Assembly (NCBI RefSeq): GCF_018977255.1
Contig: NW_024704743.1
Span: 16,866,001-16,930,000, forward strand
DNA from: Callorhinchus milii
Lineage: Eukaryota
Length of the DNA stretch: 64,000 nucleotides
Reading direction: 5' to 3'
The notes under the pieces are model-generated. The model made no database searches. It was not told the origin of the DNA and worked only from the letters and a program-made list of their open reading frames with translations. This document shows positions 63,614 through 64,000 of the stretch, piece by piece (position 1 is the first letter of the stretch; each line of letters begins with the position of its first letter). The position numbers were made by a program, and so were the translations under genes.

Positions 63614-63990
63614 TTATACAACAACAGCAACATTTTGCAATTATATCAAGCCCTTTGCATAGCATAAAATCTGGAGCACTTCACAGTGGAATTGGAGGTG
63701 GTCAGGTCAGACTCTGAGAAAGGGAGGGGGAGGTAACCATAGGCATGGGAGAGAGGTAGGTCTTCTGGTGGGATTTAAAGACAAATAAAGAGAAGAGCGA
63801 GGTGGAGGGACACAGGCAGGGAATTCCAGAGGTGGGACATAGTGACCAAAGACTTGGCCACCTATGGTGGCACGGAAGAGGCGGTGAACACAGAGGCCTG
63901 TGGTAGCTGAACGGAGGGAGGGTGCAGATACAATACAAAACAAAATTACAATACAATACAAAATTACATTTGTATAGCTGGGTAGAGGAG
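63614..63990 (-). mobile_element. L2 3' fragments
   Basis: TIGGQVFGHYVP...FKSHQKTYL with a (CAA)n tail. A second tail begins near 63930. Confidence 0.75.
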
Positions 63991-64000
63991 TGGGGTACAA

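Overview
Vertebrate genomic DNA. It is probably from a cartilaginous fish, possibly a chimaera; this is an inference from shark-type CR1 tails, Deu-domain SINEs and dense L2/SINE content. The only host gene I can support is the 5' part of a multiplexin collagen, col15a1, on the + strand. Seven GT-AG exons join in frame: 21713-22013, 29085-29632, 44792-44866, 44974-45069, 57274-57457, 59494-59597 and 61829-61855. They encode a signal peptide with a W-rich, Pro/Thr-rich extension, a TSPN/LamG-like domain, a Ser-Gly glycosaminoglycan region and the first Gly-X-Y segments. The gene continues past the window end. The rest is mostly retroposon debris: L2, CR1 and Tx1 LINE fragments, a tRNA-Ala-like SINE family with L2-type tails, and Deu-domain SINEs. 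There is also one internally deleted hAT/Buster-type transposon with TIRs and a TSD, and several inverted repeats. Almost all ORFs in the supplied track are repeat-derived or spurious. I found no convincing new multi-gene system. The most interesting observations are the COL18A1-like architecture of this col15a1, an apparent SINE tail-loop switch that matches a local L2 family, a 115-bp-arm foldback next to the TSPN exon, and a splice acceptor sitting directly behind a SINE tail. Repeat boundaries are approximate and read by eye; exon boundaries were counted.
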